From NCBI RefSeq assembly GCF_964355755.1, contig NC_092680.1:9114001-9178000 (forward strand): a DNA stretch of 64,000 nt, read 5' to 3'. How positions within the stretch are numbered: the first letter of the stretch is position 1; the number at the start of each line of letters is the position of its first letter. The notes beneath the pieces are model-generated. The model was not told where the DNA came from and made no database searches. It saw nothing but the letters and a program-made list of their open reading frames with translations. Shown in pieces: positions 63,528 through 64,000 of the stretch. The translations under genes and the position numbers were made by a program. The stretch comes from Antedon mediterranea. Taxonomy: Eukaryota > Animalia > Echinodermata.

Positions 63528-64000
63528 CTAAAAATAAATAATAAAGCTGATTAAAATGTAATTATTACATAAACGAAGTTGAATTGCCTGCATACAATAA
63601 TATAGAGTATGCCATTTGGATGATAAAACTTTCTTATGTTGGTCCGTGTGTAACAAGCAATTTATGTACGTTAAAGAATGCAGTTTTTCACATTCAAAAA
63701 ATGAGTTTGTTTCCAACTTCGACGCATGTACATTGTAATAACTATGCACTGTGATATTTTGTACTCAACATCGGGAAACAATCGATCCATAATAACTAAT
63801 ATTAATTGATCAATCACTGTAATGTATATCACCAACTTACCTAAATACCGGCGAAATACTCTCCACTCTTGCTCTTAATCAACATACCCATGCCTAATTA
63901 TCTGTTACGCCTTGGCTTATTACATTTCTGTTTCCGTACTTTCGAGTATTTATTAAACTATATATAACAGTAAACTTAGCTATAGACTTAGTTGTGTAGT

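Overview
AT-rich, intron-rich animal genomic DNA, probably from an invertebrate deuterostome such as an echinoderm (this is inferred, not proven). Most ORF-track entries are spurious or partial exons. I reconstructed three multi-exon genes by hand from GT-AG boundaries with consistent phases. (1) A follistatin gene on + (CDS 17159..26121, 404 aa: signal peptide, N-domain, FS1-FS3, acidic/basic tail). It has a probable second, distal promoter and alternative signal-peptide exon at 5298-7072. (2) A complete single-pass receptor tyrosine kinase on - (47047..28664, 16 coding exons, 652 aa: FN3-like ectodomain, TM, non-[10 protein letters not shown] kinase). (3) A recent tandem paralog of that RTK on - (from beyond 64000 down to 52711; its 5' end is outside the window). 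The introns carry many non-autonomous transposons (PIF/Harbinger-like MITEs, Kolobok-like, hAT-like, a long-TIR element, Helitrons/Helentrons, a tRNA-SINE), minisatellites and a tRNA-Ile-like sequence. The most notable observations are: a candidate intronic terminal exon giving a secreted RTK ectodomain with a basic tail, present in one paralog only; non-RD kinases whose divergence concentrates in one ectodomain exon; two signal-peptide exons for follistatin; and a strong excess of TAGGCCTA/TACAGTA motifs that paralog comparison shows arise from TA sites (probable transposon excision footprints). All coordinates were read by eye and no database searches were run.
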